From positions 1 through 10,702 of the forward strand of contig NZ_MPKA01000146.1 of the NCBI RefSeq assembly GCF_001945605.1: DNA of 10,702 bases. Direction: 5' to 3'. The number at the start of each line of letters is the position of its first letter. Position 1 is the stretch's first letter. This document shows positions 1 through 7,301 of this stretch, one piece after another. The translations under genes were made by a program, and so were the position numbers. Source of the DNA: Dubosiella newyorkensis (GTDB lineage Bacteria > Bacillota_I > Bacilli_A > Erysipelotrichales > Erysipelotrichaceae). The notes under the pieces were generated by a model. It saw only the letters and a list, made by a program, of their open reading frames with translations. It was not told the DNA's origin and ran no database searches.

Positions 1-1
1 T

Positions 2-181
2 CCACAGGAACGTTTTCACGGACTTACTGCATCTGAAGTAAGAGAAGCTGCAAAAGCAACCGATGAACCGGTACTGTATCCAATCAAAGAGAATAAACGA
101 ATCAAAAAATACTGGGAAGGTATAGATAAAAAAAAGGCCTCTTTAATAGCAAGTGCTATTAAAGAGGCGGATCTCCAGTAA
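2..181 (+). CDS. 3' end of an unidentified protein-coding gene (partial, 5' end outside the window)
   Basis: Frame 2 is the only open frame on either strand from the window edge to TAA at 179-181. It translates as PQERFHGLTASEVREAAKATDEPVLYPIKENKRIKKYWEGIDKKKASLIASAIKEADLQ. The composition looks protein-like but I recognise no family. The last 14 codons run through an opposite-strand terminator hairpin. Confidence 0.45.
   Translation, partial: PQERFHGLTASEVREAAKATDEPVLYPIKENKRIKKYWEGIDKKKASLIASAIKEADLQ
128..168 (-). terminator. Rho-independent terminator for minus-strand transcription
   Basis: Perfect inverted repeat GCCTCTTTAATAGCA (137-151) / TGCTATTAAAGAGGC (154-168). On the minus strand it is followed by a run of 8 T (plus-strand A128-A135). 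No T-run follows it on the plus strand, so it is strand-specific. Confidence 0.8.
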
Positions 182-328
182 ATTATTTCCCGTGTCTACT
201 TGACAGGGTGCTGATCAGCCCTCATATGCTTCCTTTTTCAAAACTTTCCAATCACTTAACTCTGAAATGATTAATCCAATGAAATAGCCAATTTTTAACT
301 CTCCCTAAAAGTTGTCTTGTCTATTTAC
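128..328 (-). ncRNA. Candidate stand-alone small RNA or cis-antisense RNA (about 200 nt), family unknown
   Basis: It is bounded by the promoter at 335-363 (TSS predicted near 328) and the terminator at 128-168. Only 6-9 codon ORFs with canonical starts lie inside. It contains several stem-loops (331-327/320-316; 189-196/202-208; 205-213/216-222). It overlaps the last 54 nt of the convergent CDS at 2-181. Confidence 0.4.
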
Positions 329-334
329 AAGCTT

Positions 335-363
335 AATATACCAAGGTAAAGTTCAAATGTCAA
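335..363 (-). promoter_or_regulatory. Sigma-A type promoter with extended -10
   Basis: On the minus strand: TTGACA (363-358), a 17-nt spacer, then TGgTATATT (343-335). The -35 is perfect, the -10 matches 5/6, and a TGn extension is present. Confidence 0.65.
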
Positions 364-463
364 GAATTTGCACTACAAAAACACATTTTTTATCGATATT
401 TTCCACGGGTAAATTATTGATTCATTCCGTATTTTACTCTGGTTTTTTATTGGTTGAACCAAT

Positions 464-1276
464 TTAGGCGTTCATGATCTCTAATGCCTCCCTTGGATGG
501 TCGGTAATGACACCATCTACCCCCCACTCCTTAAACTTTTGTATATCTTCTTCTTGATTGACCGTCCATACCCAATATTTTTTTCCAAATTGGTGCGCCA
601 ATTCAATATCTTCTTTTTTCGCTTGCGGAGCCCTCAAAGCAAAAGAATCGATCCAATCGCATTTTACATAGCTAGCCACATCTTGATTTTCATTTAGCAA
701 AAGCTGCTTGAACATTTCCGGATACCTTGAGTCTAACGCATTCAAGCTTTGAACATCCCATGTTTGAACTGTGACATTCTTGGTTAGTTTTGGATTCTTT
801 TCAAGACACTTCTGCAAATTATCAAGAGCAGGCGTCCCCTCTTTCAGTTCGATCAAATAGAGGATAGAATCCCCAAACCGATTAAAAAAATCTTGAAGCG
901 TATGAAGTGATTCTCCATTATGGACAGTTAATGAGGATAGCACTTCATCACTTGTATTATTAATGATATAATCTTTACCAGTTAAACGTAATGTCGATGG
1001 GTCATGAGAAACGTATAAAGTCCCATCCAACGATTGGTAGACATCCAATTCGATCTGACGGCATCCTTCATCGATCGCGGATTGATAAGCCGCAAACGTG
1101 TGCTCTAGTTGATTCGCTGACGAACCCCTATGAGCGACAACTTGAAGAGTCGGATTGATGTAGGTTGAATTTTTCAAATCCACGATCCGGAGAGGATCGG
1201 AAAAATTCATTCCAAATAAAAGAATTGCAGTCAAACTGCCTATCCCAATAGAAATTAATTTTCTTAGAATTCTCAT
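464..1276 (-). CDS. Glycerophosphodiester phosphodiesterase (GDPD family), N-terminal membrane anchor or signal
   Basis: 270-aa ORF. It has the GDPD signature HRGSS...EHT...IELDV...HD and the C-terminal VDGVITDHP motif. The N-terminus ILRKLISIGIGSLTAILLFG is hydrophobic. Confidence 0.85.
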   Translation of the reverse strand: MRILRKLISIGIGSLTAILLFGMNFSDPLRIVDLKNSTYINPTLQVVAHRGSSANQLEHTFAAYQSAIDEGCRQIELDVYQSLDGTLYVSHDPSTLRLTGKDYIINNTSDEVLSSLTVHNGESLHTLQDFFNRFGDSILYLIELKEGTPALDNLQKCLEKNPKLTKNVTVQTWDVQSLNALDSRYPEMFKQLLLNENQDVASYVKCDWIDSFALRAPQAKKEDIELAHQFGKKYWVWTVNQEEDIQKFKEWGVDGVITDHPREALEIMNA

Positions 1277-1349
1277 AGTGCCATTTTACTCAGATTTTTA
1301 AATTTTGCCTATCAAATTACGTCTAACTCGATAAAGAAAGGCCTATAAA

Positions 1350-2144
1350 ATGAATACTATTTTAATAACAGGCGCTAGTTCTGGAATCGGACAAGCAAGC
1401 GCATTATATTTTGCGAAAGAAGGATGGAACGTGATCGCAGGAATGCGTCATCCACAAGAAGACCGTAAACTTAACGATATAGAAAACATCCATAAAATCA
1501 AGCTAGATATTACGCAACAAGAAGATATCGATCACGCTTATGACTATGTGATGGAACATGGCGGGCTCGATGTCCTCTACAACAACGCTGGGATCAGCGT
1601 GAAAGGAGGACTTGAATCGATTCCTTCTGAAGCGATCCATTCTGTCTTTGAGACAGATTTATTTGGTCCGATCGCCTTGATGCAGAAATTTATTCCGTAT
1701 TTTAAAAATAAGGAGAGCGGCGTGATCTTAGCTACCTCATCTTTATCGGGACTGATCTCTTTCCCATACGATGGAATCTATGCAGGAGCTAAGCGCGCTC
1801 TAGAAGGCGTGATGGAATCCCTCTATTATGAAATGCTTCCATACCACGTGAAAGTAAAAACGATCGTTCCTGGTCCAGTCAACACAAGTCTGAAAATGCA
1901 GACCTATACTTCCCAAACGAATTTGAAACCAGCCAAGAATTTGTCAAAAATCTTGATTCCTGATTTTAATGCGTTCCCCGAAGCAAGCGATGTCGCGAAA
2001 GTCGTCTATGAAGCCGCTACGAGCGAAACGAACCAATTCGAGTATATCGTAGGCTCTGTCGCCAATGAACTGCTTGCCCAACGCCAAAGCGAAGGGTTAG
2101 AATCTTTTAAAGATTCGCTAGCCGAAAAAATCTATAAACAATAA
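1350..2144 (+). CDS. Short-chain dehydrogenase/reductase (SDR family oxidoreductase)
   Basis: 264-aa ORF. It has the TGASSGIG cofactor-binding motif, NNAG, the catalytic S...YAGAK (YxxxK) and PGPV. A GAAAGG RBS lies 8 nt upstream of the ATG. Confidence 0.85.
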   Translation: MNTILITGASSGIGQASALYFAKEGWNVIAGMRHPQEDRKLNDIENIHKIKLDITQQEDIDHAYDYVMEHGGLDVLYNNAGISVKGGLESIPSEAIHSVFETDLFGPIALMQKFIPYFKNKESGVILATSSLSGLISFPYDGIYAGAKRALEGVMESLYYEMLPYHVKVKTIVPGPVNTSLKMQTYTSQTNLKPAKNLSKILIPDFNAFPEASDVAKVVYEAATSETNQFEYIVGSVANELLAQRQSEGLESFKDSLAEKIYKQ

Positions 2145-2186
2145 AAAATGGAAAGATGCTCGCTGATATGCATCTTTCCATTTTTA
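2143..2186. terminator. Bidirectional intrinsic terminator shared by the convergent SDR and HAD genes
   Basis: Perfect 12-bp stem ATGGAAAGATGC (2148-2159) / GCATCTTTCCAT (2170-2181). It is flanked by an A-run (2143-2147) and a T-run (2182-2185). It overlaps both stop codons (2142-2144 and 2184-2186). Confidence 0.8.
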
Positions 2187-3017
2187 CATCCAATAATGGG
2201 CTTCTAAATAACGACCGATCCCATCCTCTTCTACACTATGTTCTGTGATAGCATCCGCTCTTTCTTTTGTTTCCTTTGAACCATTCTGCATGGCGACACC
2301 CCATCCCGCTTTTTCTAGAAGGGGAATATCATTTTCCATATCGCCAAACGCTATGATCTTCTCTAGAGGAATATTCGATTGCTGCGCAAACCGTTCTAGA
2401 CCCATTCCTTTATTGACTCTTGGGTCTTGGAATTCGATCGTAAAATGCTCAGGCGCACGGAATGTCTCAACGGAAATCCAAGCATCTGATCTATTTTTTT
2501 CGATCGCCGCATAAACAGCTTCAAGCTCGTCCCCTTTGCAGTGGACTTCGATTTTTCCTGTTTCCTGCTTTGATAAGCGCTGAATATCTCCTACTTCCAC
2601 GTGGGAATGATTCCTGCGAATCGAGTCTTTCATAAAGTCATCCATTCTTAGGCACGCCACTTGATCATAGCCTTTTTCATAAACGATCGCATTGATGTCA
2701 AAATCTTTTAAAAACGACAAAATCGAAAAAATATTTTCAGAAGATAAAGGATAGTAGTGTTCGATCACTCTATTTTCTTTATCCCACAGATCGCCGCCAT
2801 TCATGCCGATCGCAAAATCAAATTCAAAACTTAAATTCCACTCTTTCGCTTTATCCAATATTCTTTGATCGAGCGGTCGTCCCGTTGCGATCCCAACAAG
2901 GACACCTTCTTGATGAAGTCTTTCCAAAGCGTTCCTTGTTCTATCTAAAAGCTTTTCGCCTTTCGCAACGAGTGTCCCATCGATATCCGCAACAAATGCT
3001 TGTATATTTTTCTCCAT
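2184..3017 (-). CDS. Cof-type HAD-IIB family hydrolase (sugar or other phosphatase)
   Basis: HAD motifs are present: DIDGTLV (motif I), GIATGRP (motif II) and GDMENDIPLLEKAG (motif IV). I place the start at Met21 of the tracked ORF (ATG 3017-3015), which is preceded by GGGAGAAG. The tracked upstream ATG (3077) lies inside the predicted promoter, just downstream of the rpsI terminator. Confidence 0.85.
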   Translation of the reverse strand: MEKNIQAFVADIDGTLVAKGEKLLDRTRNALERLHQEGVLVGIATGRPLDQRILDKAKEWNLSFEFDFAIGMNGGDLWDKENRVIEHYYPLSSENIFSILSFLKDFDINAIVYEKGYDQVACLRMDDFMKDSIRRNHSHVEVGDIQRLSKQETGKIEVHCKGDELEAVYAAIEKNRSDAWISVETFRAPEHFTIEFQDPRVNKGMGLERFAQQSNIPLEKIIAFGDMENDIPLLEKAGWGVAMQNGSKETKERADAITEHSVEEDGIGRYLEAHYWM

Positions 3018-3048
3018 ATTCTTCTCCCTTTTCTTGCGATTCAAAAGC

Positions 3049-3077
3049 ATATTAATGGATTTTAGAACTTGTTTCAA
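3049..3077 (-). promoter_or_regulatory. Probable sigma-A promoter of the HAD hydrolase gene
   Basis: On the minus strand: TTGAAA (3077-3072), a 17-nt spacer, then TAATAT (3054-3049). It sits directly downstream of the rpsI terminator. Confidence 0.5.
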
Positions 3078-3078
3078 T

Positions 3079-3104
3079 AAAAAAAGACCACATTTCTGTG
3101 ATCT
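3079..3104 (-). terminator. Intrinsic terminator of rplM-rpsI
   Basis: On the minus strand: AGATCACA-GAAA-TGTGGTCT (8 bp including one G-U pair that exists only on the minus-strand RNA), followed by T7 (plus-strand A3079-A3085). It lies 15 nt after the rpsI stop codon. Confidence 0.7.
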
Positions 3105-3118
3105 TCTTGGAAATCCAA

Positions 3119-3526
3119 TTAACGTTTTGAGTATTGTGGTCTACGACGAGCTGCTTTAAGTCCGTATTTTTTACGTTCTTTCGCACGTGGGTCACGTGTA
3201 ACGAATCCAGCCGCTTTTAATACTGGACGATAGTCTTCGCTAGCTTCCATAAGAGCTCGCGTGATTCCGTGACGGATCGCTCCAGCTTGACCAGTGTAAC
3301 CGCCACCATTTACATTTACAAGCACATCGAATTGATCCAATGTATTTGTAAGTTCGAGCGGAGATTTCACAACTTGTTGAAGAATCGTGCTTGGTACATA
3401 TTCTTCCAAAGATTTTCCATTGACTTTGATGTTACCAGTTCCTGGACGCAAGAAGACACGAGCAACAGATTTTTTACGACGTCCAACGCCATGGTATTGA
3501 ACGATATTTGACTTTTTCACTGCCAT
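3119..3526 (-). CDS. rpsI: 30S ribosomal protein S9
   Basis: 135-aa ORF. It has [10 protein letters not shown] near the N-terminus, [15 protein letters not shown], and the C-terminal RRRPQYSKR. An AGGAGG RBS is present and the gene sits immediately downstream of rplM. Confidence 0.97.
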   Translation of the reverse strand: MAVKKSNIVQYHGVGRRKKSVARVFLRPGTGNIKVNGKSLEEYVPSTILQQVVKSPLELTNTLDQFDVLVNVNGGGYTGQAGAIRHGITRALMEASEDYRPVLKAAGFVTRDPRAKERKKYGLKAARRRPQYSKR

Positions 3527-3538
3527 TTTCTATTCCTC

Positions 3539-3976
3539 CTATCCTTTTACCTTCAGCTCAACTGGCTTTTGAGCTGCGTGCGGATGTTCGCTTCCTGTAT
3601 ATACATACAAGTGTCCGCGCATTTGATCTCCAAGCTTAGTATGAGGAAGCATACCTTGAATCGCACGCTCTACCCATTCAACTGGATACTTTTGCTTCAT
3701 TTCTTTTGCTGTACGCGTACGAAGTCCTCCAAAATAACCGGAATGGTTGTAGTACTTTTCTGTATTCAACTTATTTCCTGTCATTTCAACTTTATCCGCA
3801 TTGATTACGATCACATAGTCACCGCAATCTACGTTTGGGGTATACGTAGGTTTGTGTTTTCCTCTCAGCACATGTGCACATGTTGTTGCTAGACGACCCA
3901 AAGTTTGACCTTCTCCATCAACAACATACCATGTGCGTTTTACTTCAGCTGGTTTAGCCATTGTAGTTTGACGCAT
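3539..3976 (-). CDS. rplM: 50S ribosomal protein L13
   Basis: 145-aa ORF. It has KRTWYVVDGEGQTLGRLAT and HKPTYTPNVDCGDYVIVINA, both typical of L13. An AGGAGG RBS lies at 3992-3987. Confidence 0.97.
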   Translation of the reverse strand: MRQTTMAKPAEVKRTWYVVDGEGQTLGRLATTCAHVLRGKHKPTYTPNVDCGDYVIVINADKVEMTGNKLNTEKYYNHSGYFGGLRTRTAKEMKQKYPVEWVERAIQGMLPHTKLGDQMRGHLYVYTGSEHPHAAQKPVELKVKG

Positions 3977-4037
3977 GATGTGTTTTCCTCCTGTGTTTTG
4001 AGCATTTACCGGGGCTCAAACGGCCAGAGTTTAGCCA
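3977..4037 (-). promoter_or_regulatory. rplM 5' leader with stem-loop (possible L13-type autoregulatory leader)
   Basis: The leader is about 60 nt, running from the predicted TSS to the ATG. A 7-bp hairpin UUUGAGC(4020-4014)/GCUCAAA(4003-3997) with a 10-nt loop ends 4 nt before the AGGAGG SD. An upstream CUCU (4029-4026) could pair with GGAG of the SD. Confidence 0.3.
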
Positions 4038-4043
4038 AGCTAA

Positions 4044-4071
4044 ATAATACCAAAACCTAGTGATTTGTCAA
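4044..4071 (-). promoter_or_regulatory. Sigma-A promoter with extended -10 for rplM-rpsI
   Basis: On the minus strand: TTGACA (4071-4066), a 16-nt spacer, then TGgTATTAT (4052-4044). It begins 11 nt after the stop codon of the upstream PHP gene. Confidence 0.6.
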
Positions 4072-4081
4072 TGATAAACGC

Positions 4082-4921
4082 TTAAAACTCCTCTTGCTCA
4101 AGGGCCAAAGCCAACAAATATGAATAATTGATCGGCTCAATATACTCTACGATTTCTACATGATATTGTTCCAAGGTCTTGCGAGCCTCTTCATAGTAGG
4201 TGGAATTCAGGTCCGAAGGGCAATGCGCATCCATTCCGATGATCGCTTTGCAGCCATAGCGGCCCGCGATTTCCCAAAACTTAGGATGCGGATACATGAT
4301 CCGATCTTCCTTTTGATTAGCCTGCCAGCCAAGAACATTGTATTCGAGTGGAATATCGAGTTGCTTGCATACATAACAAATTTGCCGAAATCCTTCTTCG
4401 ATCTCTGGACCCCATTCTAAATACGTATTGCGAAAAATCAATTCTGGATGGGCTAAATAGGCGTACATCCCTGTTTTTAAGCCTTCGATGCATGTCTCAA
4501 AATATTTAGCAATATAGCGACGATCTGTATGTCCAAAATAAATACCATATTCATCGCTCAAATAAAAATGATTTCCCAGGATCAAGTAATCGATTTGTTC
4601 ATCCACGCAAAACGTCAATAACCAATCGGTGTATTTTGGATAGTATTCCGCTTCAAGGCCTAATAAGATCGTGATCTGTGATTTATATTTTTCCTTAAGA
4701 GCTAAAACGCTTTTTTTATACTCCTGAAATTCATTGACATTCATTCGGATTTGGGATTCAAATTTTGAGTCATATTCCCAACAAGCATGATCTGAAAATC
4801 CAAGCACCGAATACCCGTTCTTGATCGCTTCGAGCACATACTCTTCATCCGAACCTACAGCATGATGACATCGTATAGTATGGGTATGATAATTCGTTCT
4901 GATCGGACTTGATTCATCCAT
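4082..4921 (-). CDS. PHP-domain phosphoesterase, histidinol-phosphatase (HisJ/HisK) family
   Basis: 279-aa ORF. It has the N-terminal metal-binding motif YHTHTIRCHHA, then FSDH, GLEAEY, LGNH, AHPE and the C-terminal GMDAH. This is the PHP-fold His/Asp/Glu pattern. The start overlaps the truA stop by 8 nt. Confidence 0.8.
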   Translation of the reverse strand: MDESSPIRTNYHTHTIRCHHAVGSDEEYVLEAIKNGYSVLGFSDHACWEYDSKFESQIRMNVNEFQEYKKSVLALKEKYKSQITILLGLEAEYYPKYTDWLLTFCVDEQIDYLILGNHFYLSDEYGIYFGHTDRRYIAKYFETCIEGLKTGMYAYLAHPELIFRNTYLEWGPEIEEGFRQICYVCKQLDIPLEYNVLGWQANQKEDRIMYPHPKFWEIAGRYGCKAIIGMDAHCPSDLNSTYYEEARKTLEQYHVEIVEYIEPINYSYLLALALEQEEF

Positions 4922-5645
4922 AATAGACCTCCATCAAATAAAGCCCTTGAGGGGGCGCGTTAAAACGGCAAGCGTGTTTATCTTTACGATCCAGGATCTT
5001 TTGCACATCTTCTACTTCGATTTTCGATTGCCCTAATGCCAATAAAGTGCCAACCATCATACGAACTTGATAGCGCAAAAAACCTGTTCCTACAAATGAA
5101 AAACGAATATCACCATCCTTTTCTTGAATTTCGATGGAATGGATCGTTTTGGTACGAGGCTTTCTCGGGTCGATCTTGCACGAAGAATAACTCGTAAAGT
5201 CATGGGTTCCTTTTAAAAGAAGAGCGCCTTTTTTCATCTTCTCAAGATCGACGGGCTGCATCAAAACTGTCTTATATCGAAATGAAAAGGGATCGTCTTT
5301 ATTGAGCGTGCATATATAATCATATCGTTTCCCGGTCGCTGAAAAGCGAGCATGAAAATCATGGTCAACAAGAACACAGCTCTGCACTCGGATATCCAAA
5401 GGCAAAAGACCGTTGAGCGCTCGTTTATATTGCGTAGGATGGATATCTGGGCGCTCTTGAAAGTGGATCACTTGTCCTCGCGCATGAACTTTCGCATCTG
5501 TCCTTCCACTCGCGACCACTTCACAAAACTCACCATGAATTTTTTGAAGCGCTCTTTCAAACACTTCTTGGATCCCGAGCGCGTTGGTCTGCTTTTGCCA
5601 TCCTGCGTAGTTTGATCCATCATAAGCGATGATAGCTTTGATCAT
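4914..5645 (-). CDS. truA: tRNA pseudouridine(38-40) synthase
   Basis: 243-aa ORF. It has YDGSNYAGWQKQ and the catalytic GRTDAKVHA motif. It occupies the conserved position after ecfT. Confidence 0.93.
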   Translation of the reverse strand: MIKAIIAYDGSNYAGWQKQTNALGIQEVFERALQKIHGEFCEVVASGRTDAKVHARGQVIHFQERPDIHPTQYKRALNGLLPLDIRVQSCVLVDHDFHARFSATGKRYDYICTLNKDDPFSFRYKTVLMQPVDLEKMKKGALLLKGTHDFTSYSSCKIDPRKPRTKTIHSIEIQEKDGDIRFSFVGTGFLRYQVRMMVGTLLALGQSKIEVEDVQKILDRKDKHACRFNAPPQGLYLMEVYYG

Positions 5646-6448
5646 GAAATACCACGTACGCTAATATAAATACAGGAAACAAGGATCAGAAAAGAAAGAA
5701 GCATTCCTGCGTAATCGATCCCAGTCATTTTTAATACTTTATAGCGGGTCCTAGGCTTTTGCGGATCGTAGCCTCTAGCTTCCATCGCATTGGCTAATTG
5801 ATCCGCTCGGTCAAAAGCCGATACGAAGAGTGGAACGATCAAGGCAAGGATCGCCATCACTTTTTCTTTCATACTTCCGTTTTCTAAATCCACACCCCGT
5901 GACGCTTGCGCATTCATGATCCGTTGTGTTTCTTCGATCAAGGTAGGAATAAACCGAAGCGCGATGCTGATCATCATAGCGATAATGTGAGCAGGCAATC
6001 CGATCTTTTCGAAAGGATGAAGCAACTTTTCGATTCCCAATGTCAAATCAAGCGGCTTTGTGGTCGCTGTTAAGATCGTAGTGATTATGATCATCATCAT
6101 CAGACGAACGACGATGTAAAGTGTTTGATAGATCGCATCCGAATAGACCGAGAACCAACCCCATTGGATCCATGGGGTTCCTGTCTTGATCACAAAAATA
6201 TTGATCAAGAGCAAGAAGGCCATCATGAAGATCATTGGTTTTATAGAACGAAGAGCAAATGATAAAGACAATTTCGACAACTTTAAAGCAATTAAGATAA
6301 ATAATCCAATCAACACATATCCCCAGATGCCAGCAGGAATGAAGATAGCGATCATCAAAAATAACATGATCATGATCTTGGCGCGCGGATCCATTCGATT
6401 GACGAGTGAATTTAAAGGTAAATATCGTCCTAAAGCAATGTTATTCAA
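5642..6448 (-). CDS. ecfT: ECF transporter transmembrane (T) component
   Basis: 268-aa polytopic membrane protein. It carries the two coupling-helix Ala-Arg-Gly motifs (NAQASRGVD and NAMEARGYD). It lies immediately downstream of the two ECF ATPases. Confidence 0.9.
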   Translation of the reverse strand: MNNIALGRYLPLNSLVNRMDPRAKIMIMLFLMIAIFIPAGIWGYVLIGLFILIALKLSKLSLSFALRSIKPMIFMMAFLLLINIFVIKTGTPWIQWGWFSVYSDAIYQTLYIVVRLMMMIIITTILTATTKPLDLTLGIEKLLHPFEKIGLPAHIIAMMISIALRFIPTLIEETQRIMNAQASRGVDLENGSMKEKVMAILALIVPLFVSAFDRADQLANAMEARGYDPQKPRTRYKVLKMTGIDYAGMLLSFLILVSCIYISVRGIS

Positions 6449-7301
6449 CGTTCTTCACCTGTCCTTTCACACATTCGACAAGAGCGTCCATATCTAAGAT
6501 CGTATCTGGAATTTGAAATCCTTTTTCTTGCAGCATCTTTTTGAGACGAATCAAGCTTGGCGGATTGATACCAATTTCTTCCATCCATTCTGGATGTTCG
6601 AAAAATGTCTGCACATCGCTTTCTTTTTTTACTTTTCCATCTTCGAATACGATCACATGATCACAATACTGTTTGACATGTTCCATATCATGCGAAACGA
6701 GAAGCACCGTTTTTCCTTCTTTTTTATTGAGATCCATGAAAAGATCCATCATTTCTTTGGCTCCTTGTGGGTCGAGGCCTGCTGTTGGTTCGTCTAAAAC
6801 GAGCACATCCGGATCAAGGACCAAAATACCTGCGATCGCTACTCGTCTTTTTTGTCCACCGCTTAGATCAAAGGGCGAACGTTCTAAATACGTTTGGTCT
6901 AAGCCGACGATCGGAAGCACTTTCTTGACAAGCGTGTTGGCTTCTTCTTCCGTGACGCCAAAATTTTTTGGCCCAAAGGCGATGTCTTTTTCGATTGTTT
7001 CTTCAAAGAGCTGATATTCTGGAAATTGGAAGACGAGTCCTACTTTTTTTCGCAGTTCTTTTACATCTTTCAGCTTAGCGGCTGGATCAATATGAAATCC
7101 TTCGACATCGACTGTCCCGCTCGTAGGCAATATAAGCGCGTTTAAGTGTTGGACAAAGGTGCTTTTGCCAGAGCCTGTTTGTCCGATGATCGCTGTCACC
7201 TTCCCTTCTGGAATTTCGAGGGTAATTCCTTTAAGGGCTTGATGTTCAAAAGGAGTGCCTGCGTTGTATGTATGTTCTAATTGGTTTGTTTTAATCGACA
7301 T
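6441..7301 (-). CDS. ecfA2: ECF transporter ATP-binding protein EcfA2
   Basis: 286-aa ORF with Walker A GQTGSGKST, signature LSGGQKRRVAIAG and Walker B VLVLDEPT. It is the second ATPase of the ecfA1-ecfA2-ecfT order. Confidence 0.9.
   Translation of the reverse strand: MSIKTNQLEHTYNAGTPFEHQALKGITLEIPEGKVTAIIGQTGSGKSTFVQHLNALILPTSGTVDVEGFHIDPAAKLKDVKELRKKVGLVFQFPEYQLFEETIEKDIAFGPKNFGVTEEEANTLVKKVLPIVGLDQTYLERSPFDLSGGQKRRVAIAGILVLDPDVLVLDEPTAGLDPQGAKEMMDLFMDLNKKEGKTVLLVSHDMEHVKQYCDHVIVFEDGKVKKESDVQTFFEHPEWMEEIGINPPSLIRLKKMLQEKGFQIPDTILDMDALVECVKGQVKNVE

Noticed and set aside
205-236. Resemblance of GGAAGCA and GGGUGCUG-like strings to the conserved core of SRP (4.5S/scRNA) RNA.
   Set aside because: The two elements are in the wrong order and orientation relative to SRP helix 8, and the GGAA tetraloop context is absent. 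The GGAAG is more simply an SD-like purine tract.
196-292. Tiny ORFs inside the candidate sRNA: ATG 225..196 (MRADQHPVK) and the ATT-initiated 25-codon frame 292..215.
   Set aside because: The 9-aa ORF has very short SD-ATG spacing and nothing distinctive about it. The 25-codon frame lacks any ATG, GTG or TTG start. Both are kept only as alternatives to test, not called as CDS.
449-463. Perfect palindrome ATTGGTTgAACCAAT abutting the GDPD stop codon, considered as the GDPD terminator or as an operator.
   Set aside because: As a hairpin it would have a 1-nt loop, or a 5-bp AT-rich stem at best. On the minus strand it is followed by A-rich rather than U-rich sequence, so it is not an intrinsic terminator. 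A protein-binding role cannot be judged from one copy.
324-467. Plus-strand 36-codon ORF (357..467, MSRICTTKTHFLSIFSTGKLLIHSVFYSGFLLVEPI) with a possible TTTACA-17-TAAAGT promoter (324-352) back-to-back with the orphan minus-strand promoter. It was considered as the toxin half of a type I toxin-antitoxin pair.
   Set aside because: The promoter match is mediocre and would place the TSS at or after the ATG. The RBS is weak (AAGG, 9-10 nt upstream). The peptide has no contiguous transmembrane-length hydrophobic stretch. No terminator follows, and the ORF runs antisense into the GDPD 3' end.
3018-3077. 20-codon N-terminal extension of the HAD hydrolase ORF (MKQVLKSINMLLNRKKREKN).
   Set aside because: The upstream ATG falls within the predicted -35 box, immediately downstream of the rpsI terminator, and has no RBS. 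Met21 is preceded by GGGAGAAG and starts right before the DxDGT motif.
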